Assembly: GCF_018977255.1 (NCBI RefSeq)
Contig: NW_024704742.1
Coordinates: forward strand, 92,134,001-92,198,000
Direction of reading: 5' to 3'
Source: Callorhinchus milii
Taxonomy: Eukaryota
Length of the DNA stretch: 64,000 bases
Shown piece by piece: positions 10,186 to 22,149 of the stretch (positions are counted from its first letter, which is position 1; every line of letters begins with the position of its first letter). A program made the translations under genes and the position numbers. Below the pieces are notes generated by a model. It was not told the origin of the DNA. It searched no databases and saw nothing but the letters and a program-made list of their open reading frames with translations.

Positions 10186-12462
10186 AAAATTCAGGGAATC
10201 TTTTCATGGAGCTTTTCTCCAAGATATAAGAGTGGGTTGGGTTAAGTCCACAATAGAATACATTTTACTCTAGCAGAAAGTAGGCTTAATGTGCCATAGA
10301 GCTTTTTTAAATTCACACATTCTTTTGTCCTTAAAACCAGCAACCAGAATGCAGTTTCTAAAACAAACATTTACCCAGCGTAGCTAAATGATGTTTAATT
10401 TGACATTCAATTTTATTTGCCTCAGAGGCCTAAACATTGAGACCTGATTGGGACTTAAAGGCGGACTGGGCAGTATGTGTTCAGGGTTGTGTAAGCAGAT
10501 CTTTTTCTCTCAATGTTGGGAAGATCTTTTGGAATTCTTCATCATCTCACAACAGTTTCAGTTTTTCTTGGGTTCTGAAGGTTGCATGTTGCAAGTTTCT
10601 TGAGAATTGTCTATCATTCATGTTTTCATGATGTCCTCTTAGGGAGATATGTGAGCTGAGCTCAGTCTGCATGTCCCCACTACTCTAAAGATAGTAAATT
10701 ACTCCAGTGGTTTCTGCTCTTGAGAAACCACCCCTTGTAGATTGTATACTATTAATTATTTTCTCTTTCAATAATTCTTTGTTTTCTTGGTAAGTGTTGG
10801 TGTCCCTATGGATCAGTTGGTAGAACTCTCGTAGAACAGTCAGAAGATTGCACTTTCATGCCTCTTGTTGGGAAAGACTTTTAACAATCTGCCTTTTGCT
10901 CTGAGAGCTGGTAAACACTCGATGGGCCAACTGGTCTCTTTCTGCATTGTAAATATCGATAGGTCAATGATTCTATCCTTAATACTTAACCACTGAAATA
11001 CTTACATGGTCTAATTTTCTGCATTTAATTCTTTGGGTTCTCAAAGTAAAATATCCACCCAAATACAACCCACTTTGATTGACAAACCTTTGTTTTACTA
11101 CTACCTCTGTTAATAATTCAAATGACATAATTTTAACTTTTTCATTTGTAGTTTTATGCAATATTATCCCTCTACCAGACAACACATTACACACAAAACT
11201 CTCAGCTCTGCATCATAATAAAAGTAGGAAATACATTATTACATTTAATATAATTTAGGAATATTAAGAATGTGTGGTTGCTGGTTTATTTTGTAAACCT
11301 CTATTATTTTGCAAGTAGTAAATTAATGACAAACATGCTGTGTAAGATGCCAGTACTTGTCCAGCTGGACCTTCCTATCAATTTAAGGTTTTGTCTGGTA
11401 GGGTTGACATCTTCAAGACGCATTGATGAGCTAAACTGGAGGGTCACTCAACAGTCCCTTCAATTACTGTACTGCCTTTGTCAGATGTGTGTCTTCAGAT
11501 AAAAGTTTCATGTTTGTAAACTCTGTAAGTACCCCTTTCCATCGCTTCCATTTTGTTTTATAAAATACGATGAAATCTCTCAGAAATGGTACCTTGAACA
11601 ATAAAATTTTCCTATTTCCAGTTATCACTTAATATAGTGGCAGCAGTACATCATCATTTTGACTTTAACCTGTAATTTGATTTAGGAGACTGTCTAATGT
11701 TAATCTCACAGATGACTGGTATCTATATCTTTCACAACAGAGCATTAAGAAAGAATGGCAAACTCGACTCCCAATTCTTTCAGTTGCTGATGGATAGAGA
11801 TTAGAGTATGGTTAATCTTTAAGACATCAAAGGGACATTGGTTATTCAAACATACTGCAAGGAATTGGAGGCTTAGAAAATGATCAACCACCTTTATCCG
11901 AGATTTCAATCTTCTTATTTAAAACAATTAAAAGTTTTTTTTTATCTTCTGCTGCAGCTCTTTCTCAAGCAAATGGATCTTATTGAGAAAATGAGTGTTG
12001 GTTCAGGGGATGTATTAATTATCAGAATCTAGTTTGCCCAGCAGTGCAGGTAAAATGACTGGAAATTGCCATCTAATCAGAGCACATATTATTGGGGCTT
12101 GAATTGCAGAAAATAAATAACAGGATTCCTTAATATGGAATATGAGTTGCAAATGGGAGACTTCTTCCAGTAACTGGAAGTACAGTATGTCACCCCAACC
12201 TGCTTAGATACGGTCTACTTCTGGAGAGAGAGATCCCATGGATCAGAAATGATGTGCTTTCAGTTAACAAATGAAGTCCCCATTTCTGACTGTGATTTTC
12301 CATGAACAATCTTGTTAAGAATCAATAAAATTCCATTCTGCAAATAGGTTTCTCTCAAGTAGCAGACAGTTATGATTGTACATTGATGGGGTAAAATATT
12401 GCTTTCTTACCACTGTAAAGATCAAATCAGACTTCAAAGGAATTACTGTATAATAATATAAA

Positions 12463-12563
12463 TGATCTTTCTATTTCATATAGTGCCTATAATGTCAATG
12501 GAGCACAAACCCACAACCTTCTCGCTCATAGGTAGGATTGCTACCAACTGAGCAAAGCTGACA
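12463..12563 (-). mobile_element. Minimal DeuSINE-head + tail derivative
   Basis: tRNA head (GCTACCAACTGAGC on + strand) directly adjacent to tail (ATATAGTGCCT), no Deu body. Confidence 0.5.
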
Positions 12564-14350
12564 TCAATACGTTGTTGGTTAAACCAAAACTCTTTTCTCT
12601 TGTTTACTGCTGAAGTGAAATACTTTGTCACTATTAACAACATACAGCAACGTAAAGAATGTCACTTCTATGGAACGGTATACTTTACACCCAGGGTTAA
12701 CATCACAGATTTCCATCATGTTTGGCATGACTTCGAAATTGTATCAGCAATATGGCTAAATCCTACCTCAGAACATACCCTCTTCTATCAAAGAAGGAAA
12801 GGAGTGATTCACTTGACAATATAGTGGCTCAATAGTACTGTTGATAACACATTTATTGACTCACTACCTTATTTTCGTATTTGCTTTTGTTTAAGATAAC
12901 ATCAGTCAGAAGTCAGTCTACGCTCCCTGGTGCAAGTTTCCTTTTATTGTCTGGAGTCTTGTCTTCACTAGAATTAATCGCTTATTCGTGGCCATTTGTG
13001 AGAATTTTGCTGTGCGCAAAACAGATGTTGTGTTTACCTGCAAAACGCAGTTATTACACATCATCACAACTACAATGAAGCACTTGAGACATTTTGACGT
13101 ATAAGGTCTTATAAAATATAAGATTTTCTTTCAATTACTGGTCACTGCTCTTGCTTGCGTTTACTGAAAGTTAAGGTAGACAATGACTTCCATGGCATGT
13201 GAAGTCTATTGCTGTACTGCCTTGACTGCCTTGCTTGGTTTTACTTTCCATCTTCTCCTGTTTTCACCTGTTTGACGATTGCTAGCTCACGCTGAATACT
13301 AACCAGCTGGTGAAGTATTTGAGAAGAAATGCTGGCTACTGGTCTGACATGGCTCTGGGATAAAATATTTGCAGCCATGAAGCACATCTGTGAGTGATTA
13401 TTTGTGTTTATAAGTACTTATGTTGGGGCAATACTTTGGGTTCTTTCTCGGTCTGATTAGTCTCATACCCTATGGAAACATTTTTGACATCCTTTAGAGA
13501 TTTTGTTGAGTTGGTGACTATTGTCTGAAAATGCGAACGCATAAATTACCCTGAAAGATTCTTCTTCCACATGTTAATGATAGGAAGGTCTTCAGGAAAA
13601 CCAAGGTAGCTGTGATTTGGCAGAATACACAAAGAAATGCAGTTAAATGTCAAGCGTGAAAGGTAAACAAAATCTATTCTAAATCAAAATACAACAGCAA
13701 GGGAGAATTTTTCTCATGGTGATCCTTGCGACCATTAAAGAAGTCTAGGGGTAAATTTGGAAGAGGTTCTTCTTCCACATGTCAAATAATAATGTGGGGG
13801 GTTCACCCACAAATAAACAGTCAACCCACTTTACAGTATATTCTGTGAAGTGCTTTGAGATGTCTAGAAGATGTGAAAAATGATATATCAAATGCAAGGA
13901 TTATTATTATTATAATTTGGAATCTGCTACTGAACAGGCTGGTGCTGTCTCATTAAAGAAACCAATGAGGAAAAAAGCAGTGTTACATTGGACAGTTATG
14001 TAACGAGCAGTTGATAAATCCATCAGTTCATTCAACAAAAAAATGTGCCCATACTGAAGAAGATATTGTGGAAAGGGCGAGATGTAAGTTTTACTCAAGT
14101 TGAATGGTTCTGATTTTAAATTATTTAAAATTAATTTTAGTTCAAGTCCTTTACAAGTGATATTTTGCAAATCGGGTAACTGTGAATAGCACACAAATAA
14201 TCTGGTTCAGTGAATATCGCTAATGGGATCCCACTGAATTCACCTCACAAAGATGAGTCTAACTCTACAGTTTCCTAAGTACTTGCTGCAGTGCCAGAAT
14301 GTATTTGCACTGATGTACAGGGTCAGATTCCTCTGCCCTAACCGCCAAAC

Positions 14351-14351
<1 letters not shown>

Positions 14352-14381
<30 letters not shown>

Positions 14382-14555
14382 TCCATTTATAAAGCGCCTT
14401 TCACGTCAGGAGGACGTCCCAAGGCGCTGCACAGTTGGGTCATAACCAATAAACAAACACAGTGTTGGTCTATGATTTGAAAGAGGGAAATATTATTTCT
14501 CAATTGAAGAGTAAATCTGAAGGTGCAAGTGCAGAAGTGGGACAGAGCTTATTCT
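14352..14555 (-). mobile_element. Unclassified L2-tailed element fragment (second copy)
   Basis: (AAC)n + L2 tail, then block matching 1285-1328. Confidence 0.6.
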
Positions 14556-15178
14556 TCAGTTACCCACACAACAAATTACATTTATATGGCGCCTTTTACG
14601 TCGGAAGGACGTCCCAAAGCACTGTATAAAAGGGAGGCATTAACAGAGGATAATCTGCATGTCACAGGCACGTGGGGAAATCAGAATTCTAAGGCATCTC
14701 ACTTGGTTGAAGAGTGACCCTGGGAGAGACCTGAGATCCCACAATGAAAGCTGAAGGAGAGCTTAAAGGAATACAGAAAATAAATATCAATTTTAGCAAA
14801 GGGAGAAAATGAAATGAAATTTTTTTTCCACTCGGCCTTTCTGCATTTCTCTTGTTATGCATTACTTGAGACAAGAATCAAGGTCACAGGACATAAGAGC
14901 GTTCAGATATACGATCAGAGCTTTCCTTTGTTATTTGCACGAAAGACAGATACAATAAAAATAACATTTCTTAAGGTATCCACATGGATTATTCTGAAAA
15001 TGTTCTTTCAATCCTGAGGGCTTATTCAATTTTTTATATATTGGTATATATATAATTGTCTGCTTTTATGGTGGCCACTGTGTTTAGCTTCTCACTGCTG
15101 TGGTGTGCTGACTTTATAATCTATCATCAGTATATTATCATAATTAATCCACAAAATCATTGATAGGATGAGGGAAGC

Positions 15179-15373
15179 CAGGATCAGTGAGGTTGAGGTA
15201 GAACACTCTGACTCTGAACCTGAAGGCCCTCTCTTGCGACTGCAGTCCTGTGTGGAGAGTCCTTCACTGTGGGTCTTCTGACCTCCCTTTCATCCCTCTC
15301 CTCAGATAACAAGGTGACAACTACAAGTGGAGCACATGCCATTGCTGAATACAAGTGCCTCTGTGCACTCTGC
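15179..15373 (+). repeat. ~190-bp direct repeat, copy 1
   Basis: Aligns end to end with 18893-19079 (CAGGATCAGTGAG...GCACTCTGC). Confidence 0.9.
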
Positions 15374-16437
15374 CAAGGCTGGAGCCCTCAGTACACAGTT
15401 CATACACTTTATGGCTGCTCAAACCATGATTAAGTATCCCTGTGTTCAGTGAGCCTCAGCGGCAGCAGAAAACCATAGATTTTACAGCTTAATTGGCTTT
15501 CAGCATTAATTAAGCAGCTTAATTGCTTTTTCTGCAACGTGTTTGGAAAGCACTATTAAGTGTTTGCATCGTCAGGTTGAAATTTGCAACTTCTATTTTA
15601 AGGGAACGAATTGCTAAAAATCCTGCCATAGATTTTACCAATACAAGAACATTCTTCTCCCAAATTGAGGATACATTAGCTGAATTAACATGCAGACCTG
15701 TTTTTAAAAAATGCGTTGGATTACTATGATTGTCTTGATTCTAAGTGTGACCTTTTTGTATGAGAACCATGGGGTGAAGAGAGTCATGCAAAATTCAGTC
15801 TTAAACCCTTCATGGGCATCCGTAATCTGAATGGCCAGCACCCATGGTTACTTGTCAGTCTAGACCAGGGCAATGCAAATTGTCTCAATTTTTAGATGGC
15901 GTGTTTCCACTAGCATTTTCGTTTCTGCCAAATTGTGTTTCTGATAGAAGACAAAGTACCTTTCATTCTTTTCATCAGCAAACCAGCATGGCAAGCTTGA
16001 AAGCTCATGAATCCTCTTTAATCTATTCACTTGTCACTGCTAACTCTCTGCTTGCTGCAACACGCCTTGCCTACCTTAATTTTGCAGTTCTGTTTCTATT
16101 CCATGTGACACACTTTAACATTCAACGTATGGTGCTATTTGTCTGCCTAAGGAACGCAGTGAGGCAGTTGTTAAAGCCTGGCTGTGTTAACGCTTACTGT
16201 TTTTTTGCATTTTATCTTTCTAACCTAATATGTCTGTTTTGATTAAATGCCAGAAATCTCAGCAGTATATCCTTAAGTCAAACCTTGAATGTAGGTCATG
16301 AGCCGTTGAGCTTATACATTGCCATGGGATAAGGTATGTTGAGAATCTTGGATCCTGGCATTCAAAAGTGATTTGTGTAAAAAAATGGGTGTAACAGATG
16401 GCTGTTAGTGCAAGGCTTCAGGATGGTCAGATCAGCA

Positions 16438-16451
16438 GTTCTCATGGCAAC
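16438..16451 (+). promoter_or_regulatory. Candidate RFX X-box
   Basis: GTTCTCATGGCAAC vs consensus GTTGCCATGGCAAC; E-boxes CAGATG and CACCTG nearby. Confidence 0.35.
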
Positions 16452-17846
16452 CACCTGAACCAGCTCCAAGGGATTTCAGATCTGAGCAGCAATCATTTGA
16501 AACAGTCTGTCTAGAAGTGTAAGTGTAGTACAGCTCGGATGAAATGGCATGTAGTCTGGTTTACATGCCTGAGATGATTTAAAAAAACTAGGCACATCTA
16601 TTAAATTTCTCCAGCAGTCCGTCTAGATTACAATTGGGTGGTAGCAAGCAAGGTCATACATGTGTGCATGTTTGTGTGGCATGATTTTAATTAACAAGTC
16701 CAAGGTCATGGGTTTAATGCTTAGAGAAGATTATCGCCATTTTATTTTCCTCACTGCTCACCAATATTCCACATTCTTTTTAACAATTACCTTTTTTTTG
16801 TCGCATTGGAGCAAGGCATTCATTACATATTTTCTGCTCTCAGTGTTAAAATCTTCCACAGAAATCTAGAAGAAAGAACTAATAAAGCATATCACTGTGG
16901 GTGTGAGAAAGAATCATCTCAATCTCCAGAACAGTTGCTTTGTTGAAGGAATTGGCTTCAATTAGTCCCATTATGGGATTCAGGCTGAGGTCAAATTACC
17001 CTTGAACTTGCCAGGTCTCAATAGGCTGTTTTTCTTAAACTAAGCCAAAGCACTGAGAACATTTGAGAGTGTTTTATGCGGAATGCACACTTTGATATTT
17101 CTGCCTTATTTCAGAGTAGAAGGCAGAGTGAGAAACCATCACAGTAATGCATTTGTAATGCACACCATATTGAAGCTTTTCTCTCTCCTCCCCCACCCCG
17201 TTTTTGTATCTGCTGCCATTGTATCCAGATGATTTTTCTTCTCGCTGAGATGGAGGAATACAAACAAAAATGAAAATTCCCTTAAACCTGAGGCAGTGAC
17301 ATTTGTTTGATTTCTGTGAGGACATATGGTAAGAATATAACATGAGGAATATCATAACCCCACAATGGCATTTGGAAGTAGAGAGCTGGGTCATCAATTT
17401 GAAAACCTATAAAGTAGAAGCTCCAAAGCTGCGAATGAGTTATGAGGTCTTTTTGACAAATGAAATGCAGTAATTCCTACAATCCACTGCTCTCTGATAT
17501 AACATTCCTTCAGTTTAAGGCAATTCTATCATAGAAAGTGCAAATCGTTTTTAATATCAGCACTTTTGTTTGACATGTACTATTCTGCCTATTATTTTAT
17601 TTTAGATGATGTTGAAAGCTATGTTTGCCGTTCAAAGATATTCATCTCGATTTGAGCTAACTGGTTACTCTGCATACGAGTGGCCAATATAAATGCGACG
17701 TTCTAACCTGAAGCTACAACCCAAGGAAAATTATGCATAGATTACAAAATAGAATTGAAAATAGATGCCAGAGAAAGAAAACTACCATACAAATAAAACC
17801 AATCATTTGATACAGTACCTTTTATATCAATAAGATTACCTTTTAT

Positions 17847-18180
17847 GTGGAGTCCTGTAGCTCAGTGGTTAGAGCACTCGCTTTGCAAGCGAGAGACCTG
17901 AGTTCAATTCCAGGCAGGGCGAAACCTTGGGCAAGTTTCCTTACTCCACACAGAGCCTAATAATAATCCCTCCAAAACCAAAAAAACAATAATAAATTGG
18001 TCATTTTCAATCTACGACTGTTTGTGGGACATTGCTGTGCGCAATTGGCTGCCGCGTTCGCCCACAAATATACAGTCAATTCACTTTACAGTGTGTTCTG
18101 TGAAGCGCTTTGGGACGTCCTCCTGACGTGAAAAGCGCTATATCAAATGCAAGGATTATTATTATTATTATTATTATTAT
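17847..18180 (+). mobile_element. tRNA-Ala(TGC)-like SINE, young full-length copy
   Basis: Intact head, CpGs retained, long (ATT)n tail; nearly identical to 44064-44394 and 62007-62224. Confidence 0.95.
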
Positions 18181-18339
18181 AAGATGTCTCAAAGTATTGC
18201 ACAGGATATACTATAAATTGTAAAATAACTATGTAGTTTGCAGGCAAATATTTTGCTGAGACCTGACATTCTAGGGTGTATTAACTAGAATTATTAACAA
18301 AAAAAAGGTCAGGCTTTCTTTTGTGGGGGGATGCCTGAC

Positions 18340-18495
18340 ACATATGGAAACCCATCACCATGCTTTAGAGTATCCAAAGAAAAGTGAAAATTCCATGCAT
18401 CCCATCTACACATGGAAATTACAGAGATATTAATTGGAATAGATTGGCACGCTCGCCCTGGAGGGACGCATCCTGCTTGCCTAATTCCCAAGGCT
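18340..18495 (+). repeat. Unclassified interspersed repeat, copy 1
   Basis: AAACCCATCACCATGCTT..TTCCATGCATCCC..CTACACATGGAAAT..CCCTGGAGGGAC.CATCCTGCTT; matches 51125-51278 and partly 30690-30742. Confidence 0.8.
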
Positions 18496-18801
18496 TGGGG
18501 GCCCTAGAGTGTGCGCTGGGGTAACATTAGAGTCTAACTAGCTAAAACAGCATAACTCTCCTTCCCTTTGTGGTGAGTGCCTTGGAGGTTGTAAGTTCAA
18601 TTTCAGGTCATGCTGGTGAAAAAATAATCTTTTGCTCTTAGAACTAAGTCTATTTTAAGAGGAAACCTACTTAAAAAAACAACTATAAGCAATATTTAAC
18701 AAAAAGCCATCCCCTTCTTGTTCGATTATGATCAGATAAGGCTAAAATCATTAATGTAATCACAGTTAAATAAAGCATAATGGTTAAAGGGAGAGGGGAA
18801 A

Positions 18802-19185
18802 ACAAGTTCACAAGATTGGTTTGGATAAAGAAGACCTCAAGCCCATCCAATCTCATTCTTCCAGAATACCCACCCTACTGTACTACCTTCCTCAGGATCA
18901 GTGAGAATGAGGTAGAACACTCTGAATATGAAGGCCCTCTCTTGCGACTGCAGTGCTGTGTGGAGAGTCCTTCACTCTGGCCTCTGACCTCCCTTTCATC
19001 TCTCTCCTCAGATAACAAGGTGATAACAACAAGTGGAGCACATGCCATTGCCTAATACAAGTACCTCTATGCACTCTGCACTCTTCTCCCACCCCCCACA
19101 GCCAGTTGCTTTTTGAATGAGTCCAGTGTCTTGGCCTCAACCACACTTCCTGGCAACCTTCTCCAGTTTTAATTACCCTCTGAAT
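18802..19185 (-). mobile_element. CR1 3' end split by the 18893-19079 insertion
   Basis: Both flanks align with the reverse complement of 1630-1803. Confidence 0.75.
18893..19079 (+). repeat. ~190-bp direct repeat, copy 2
   Basis: Aligns with 15179-15373. Confidence 0.9.
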
Positions 19186-19569
19186 AAAAAAAACCTAATC
19201 AAGCTCCCAATAGGAAGAAATAAGCATGGTCTCATAGGCTTTGTGATTTTGGCCATAATTGGGCTATAATCACAATTAGGTAGAACTAGGGATGAGAATA
19301 GTTGTATTTTTTGTATTTGTACTGTTTATAAAGGTCTTTCAATGTCCAGGAGTTGACTTGCAATGTGAGTCATTAGTGAATGTCTACCTATTTCATGATG
19401 GGAATGTGGTGATGGAGAGCATACAATCTGTCCATATTTTGGGATGACAGTTTGATTATGTTTGCAGCAATGGTTACTAGATCCCTGCATGAGGATGAGA
19501 CATGAAGAGCATGGGTAGGGATAGAAGAACGATCACCAAATGTCTGTGCTTGCAAATGGCAGGACATTG

Positions 19570-19890
19570 TAATAATAATAATAATAATCCTTGCATTTGA
19601 TATAGCACTTTTCACATCTACTAGACGTCTCAAAGCGCTTCACAGAATATGCTGTAAAGTGAATTGACTGTATATTTATGGGTGAAACGCAGCAGTCAAT
19701 TGCGCACAGCAGTGTCCCCCAAACAGTCGTGGATTGAAAATGACCAATTTATTATTGTTTTTTGTTTTGGGGGGATTATTATTAGGCGTGTGGAGTAAGA
19801 AAACTTACCCAAGGTTTTGTCCTGCCTGGAATTGAACCCAGTGTCTCGCTTGCAAGGCGAGTGCTTTAACCACTGAGCTACAGGACTCCA
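19570..19890 (-). mobile_element. tRNA-Ala(TGC)-like SINE, full length
   Basis: Reverse complement of the 17847-18180 type. Confidence 0.93.
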
Positions 19891-19941
19891 GTAGTTAGGG
19901 ATTGGCTTGTAATGGGTATCTCCTTATCATAGGATGAGAAT

Positions 19942-20480
19942 ATAATAATCCTTGCATTTGATATAGTGCCTTGCCACATCATTGAGATGCCACAAATGGC
20001 ATTGCTGTAAAGTAGATATTCTGTATGTATTTTATGGTTGAACGAAGAAACTAATTTGCGTACAGTGATGTCCCACAAACAGCCATTGGAATGAGTGACT
20101 AAATTTACTTGGAAGTTTGTTCCAAATGAGGGGCTTTATCAGCAGGTCCAGCCTGCTTCACATCCCCTGCCTTGTTCGCCCCACTATTGGCGGACGGGCC
20201 TTCTACCACTCTGCCCCCACCCTCCGGAATTCCATCCCGCAGTCTCTCCATGAAAGGTGCTATACAAATGTACTTGTGCTGCTGTTGATGGTGGTGGTGG
20301 TGGTCAGGACTCCAGGAGAAACTCTCTTCTCTTTTCAAATAGTGCCACATGTCTTTAATATCAACCTGGAACAGCAAACAGGCCTTTGTGTTAATGTCTC
20401 AGCCGAAAGACGGCATCTACAACACTATAAGAGTTCCAAGTCCCAACGGGGGCTTGACCCCACAATCTTCTCACTCAGAT
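19942..20480 (-). mobile_element. DeuSINE with nested + strand L2 3' fragment (~20120-20300)
   Basis: Deu tail/body on both sides; insert translates LHIPCLVRPTIGGRAFYHSAPTLRNSIP (L2 ORF2 C-terminus) and ends in a GTT/GGT tail. Confidence 0.8.
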
Positions 20481-21389
20481 AGTAGGAATAGTCAGCATCC
20501 ATCCATATTTGAGGAAAAAGTGTTTGAAAGATTTTGAAATTCTTTGCGTTCACTAAATCGTTTCACCCATAAAATACATGGTGCCTCCACCTTACAGTAA
20601 ATCCTGTGAAGCGCTTTGAGACATCTTGAAAACCTGATAAGGTGCTATGTCAAATGTAAGGATTATTATTATTAAAAGTTATTTTTCCATGAATTTATTT
20701 AAAAGGAAAGCTCTACTGTAAATAACCAATGTCAAAGATTTTATGTTGAAACTAACTTCTTAAAATTAAAAATATATGTTCGATAAAATTAATGTTACTC
20801 CCCCTCTTTCAATAAAATGCTCCCATGGATTTTACTGAGAATCACAGAAGTTATACCACATTAGACAATTTGGCCTGCCAAACCAATGGTGGTGCCACTC
20901 ATTCAATGGGAATAACTGCTCTAATCCTACTTCTCTGCTTCCTCTTCAAATATTTATCCAGTTTCCTTTTAAACATTGTTAGCCTCAGTCACAAAAGCTA
21001 TATTTTGTGTTTTGATAATTCTCTGCATGAAAATATTTCTTCTGAACTCCCTTTAGGTCTTTCAGTGATAATGCTGAGCTTATGCCCCCAAGTTACAATC
21101 CAGTTAATGCAAAAAGCAAAGAAGCAGAATTGCTTTGGTAGATGGGGCAATCTATCTATTCACAACTGGTCTTATATCTGAGGTTAAGTCATTGACAAGC
21201 TCTCAAAGGCTATCTTGAATTTAAGTATCACAAGGATAAAAATATTCAAGATCCAGGTTATAATCCTCACTAGAGAAGGAATTGTTGAAAGCAAAGTTAT
21301 ATAATGCACCAAATCGATAAGCAAGACATTTTATGATGGACAAAGACCATTACGATATAACTGCAAAGCAGCAGCTTGGATTCCTCCAT

Positions 21390-21730
21390 ACCAGGTTTCA
21401 GTTTGTCGTGCTTTTGCTTCTGAACCAAAATGTTGTGAATTTAACCCCCATATAAGGACTTTAAACTCATAGTCTAGGCTGATGCTCCACTGCAAAGCTG
21501 GGGGAGCATTGCATTGTCAGAGGTGCCATTCTACAGATGAGATGTTAAATTGAAGTCCCGTCTGCCTGTTCAGGTGGATTTTAAAGATCCTAAGACATTA
21601 TTTGAAAAGTGAAGGGAGTTTTTCCCAGCCAACAATCTCCCAGATAAAAATTGGTAATTCACTTCATGGCTATTTGTGGCACCTGACTACATGCAAATTG
21701 TCTTCTGTGTCTGCCTACAAATACATAGTA
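21390..21730 (+). mobile_element. DeuSINE
   Basis: GCATTGTCAGAGGTGCC..AGATGAGATGTTAAA..CCGTCTGCCTGTTCAGGTGGA..AAAGATCC Deu domain. Confidence 0.85.
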
Positions 21731-22149
21731 TAACAACTTGTATTTATTTAGCGTCCTTCATGCAGGGTAGTGTCTTGGAGTGCTTAACAGTTGTGGAGCT
21801 TGATATCAAGCCAGGGAGAGAGGGGAGGTGACCAAAGGCAGGGTCGAAGAGGAAGATATAAATGTGGTCAAGGAGGGGACAAGGCGGGGACAAGGCAGAG
21901 GAATTGAGGCAGAACAGAATGACATAGTAACTAGACTTTACATTAAATTCTTTGAGACGTTTTGACAAACAAGGCCGTATATCAAACACAAGGATTATTA
22001 TTATCAAATTTCATTAATGCTACTAGCATTTAGGGATAGACTTGTGATTGGTATTTTCTTGCTTTATAAAGCCGAGTCAATCTTCCCAGAGTGGTAAATG
22101 CATTTAAACCGCAGTTACTACTGCAAACATGAATACAGTGAATTCAGGG

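Noticed and set aside
15179..19079. LTR retrotransposon bounded by the 190-bp repeats
   Set aside because: No TG..CA ends, PBS, PPT or internal gag/pol; one copy sits inside a CR1 tail.
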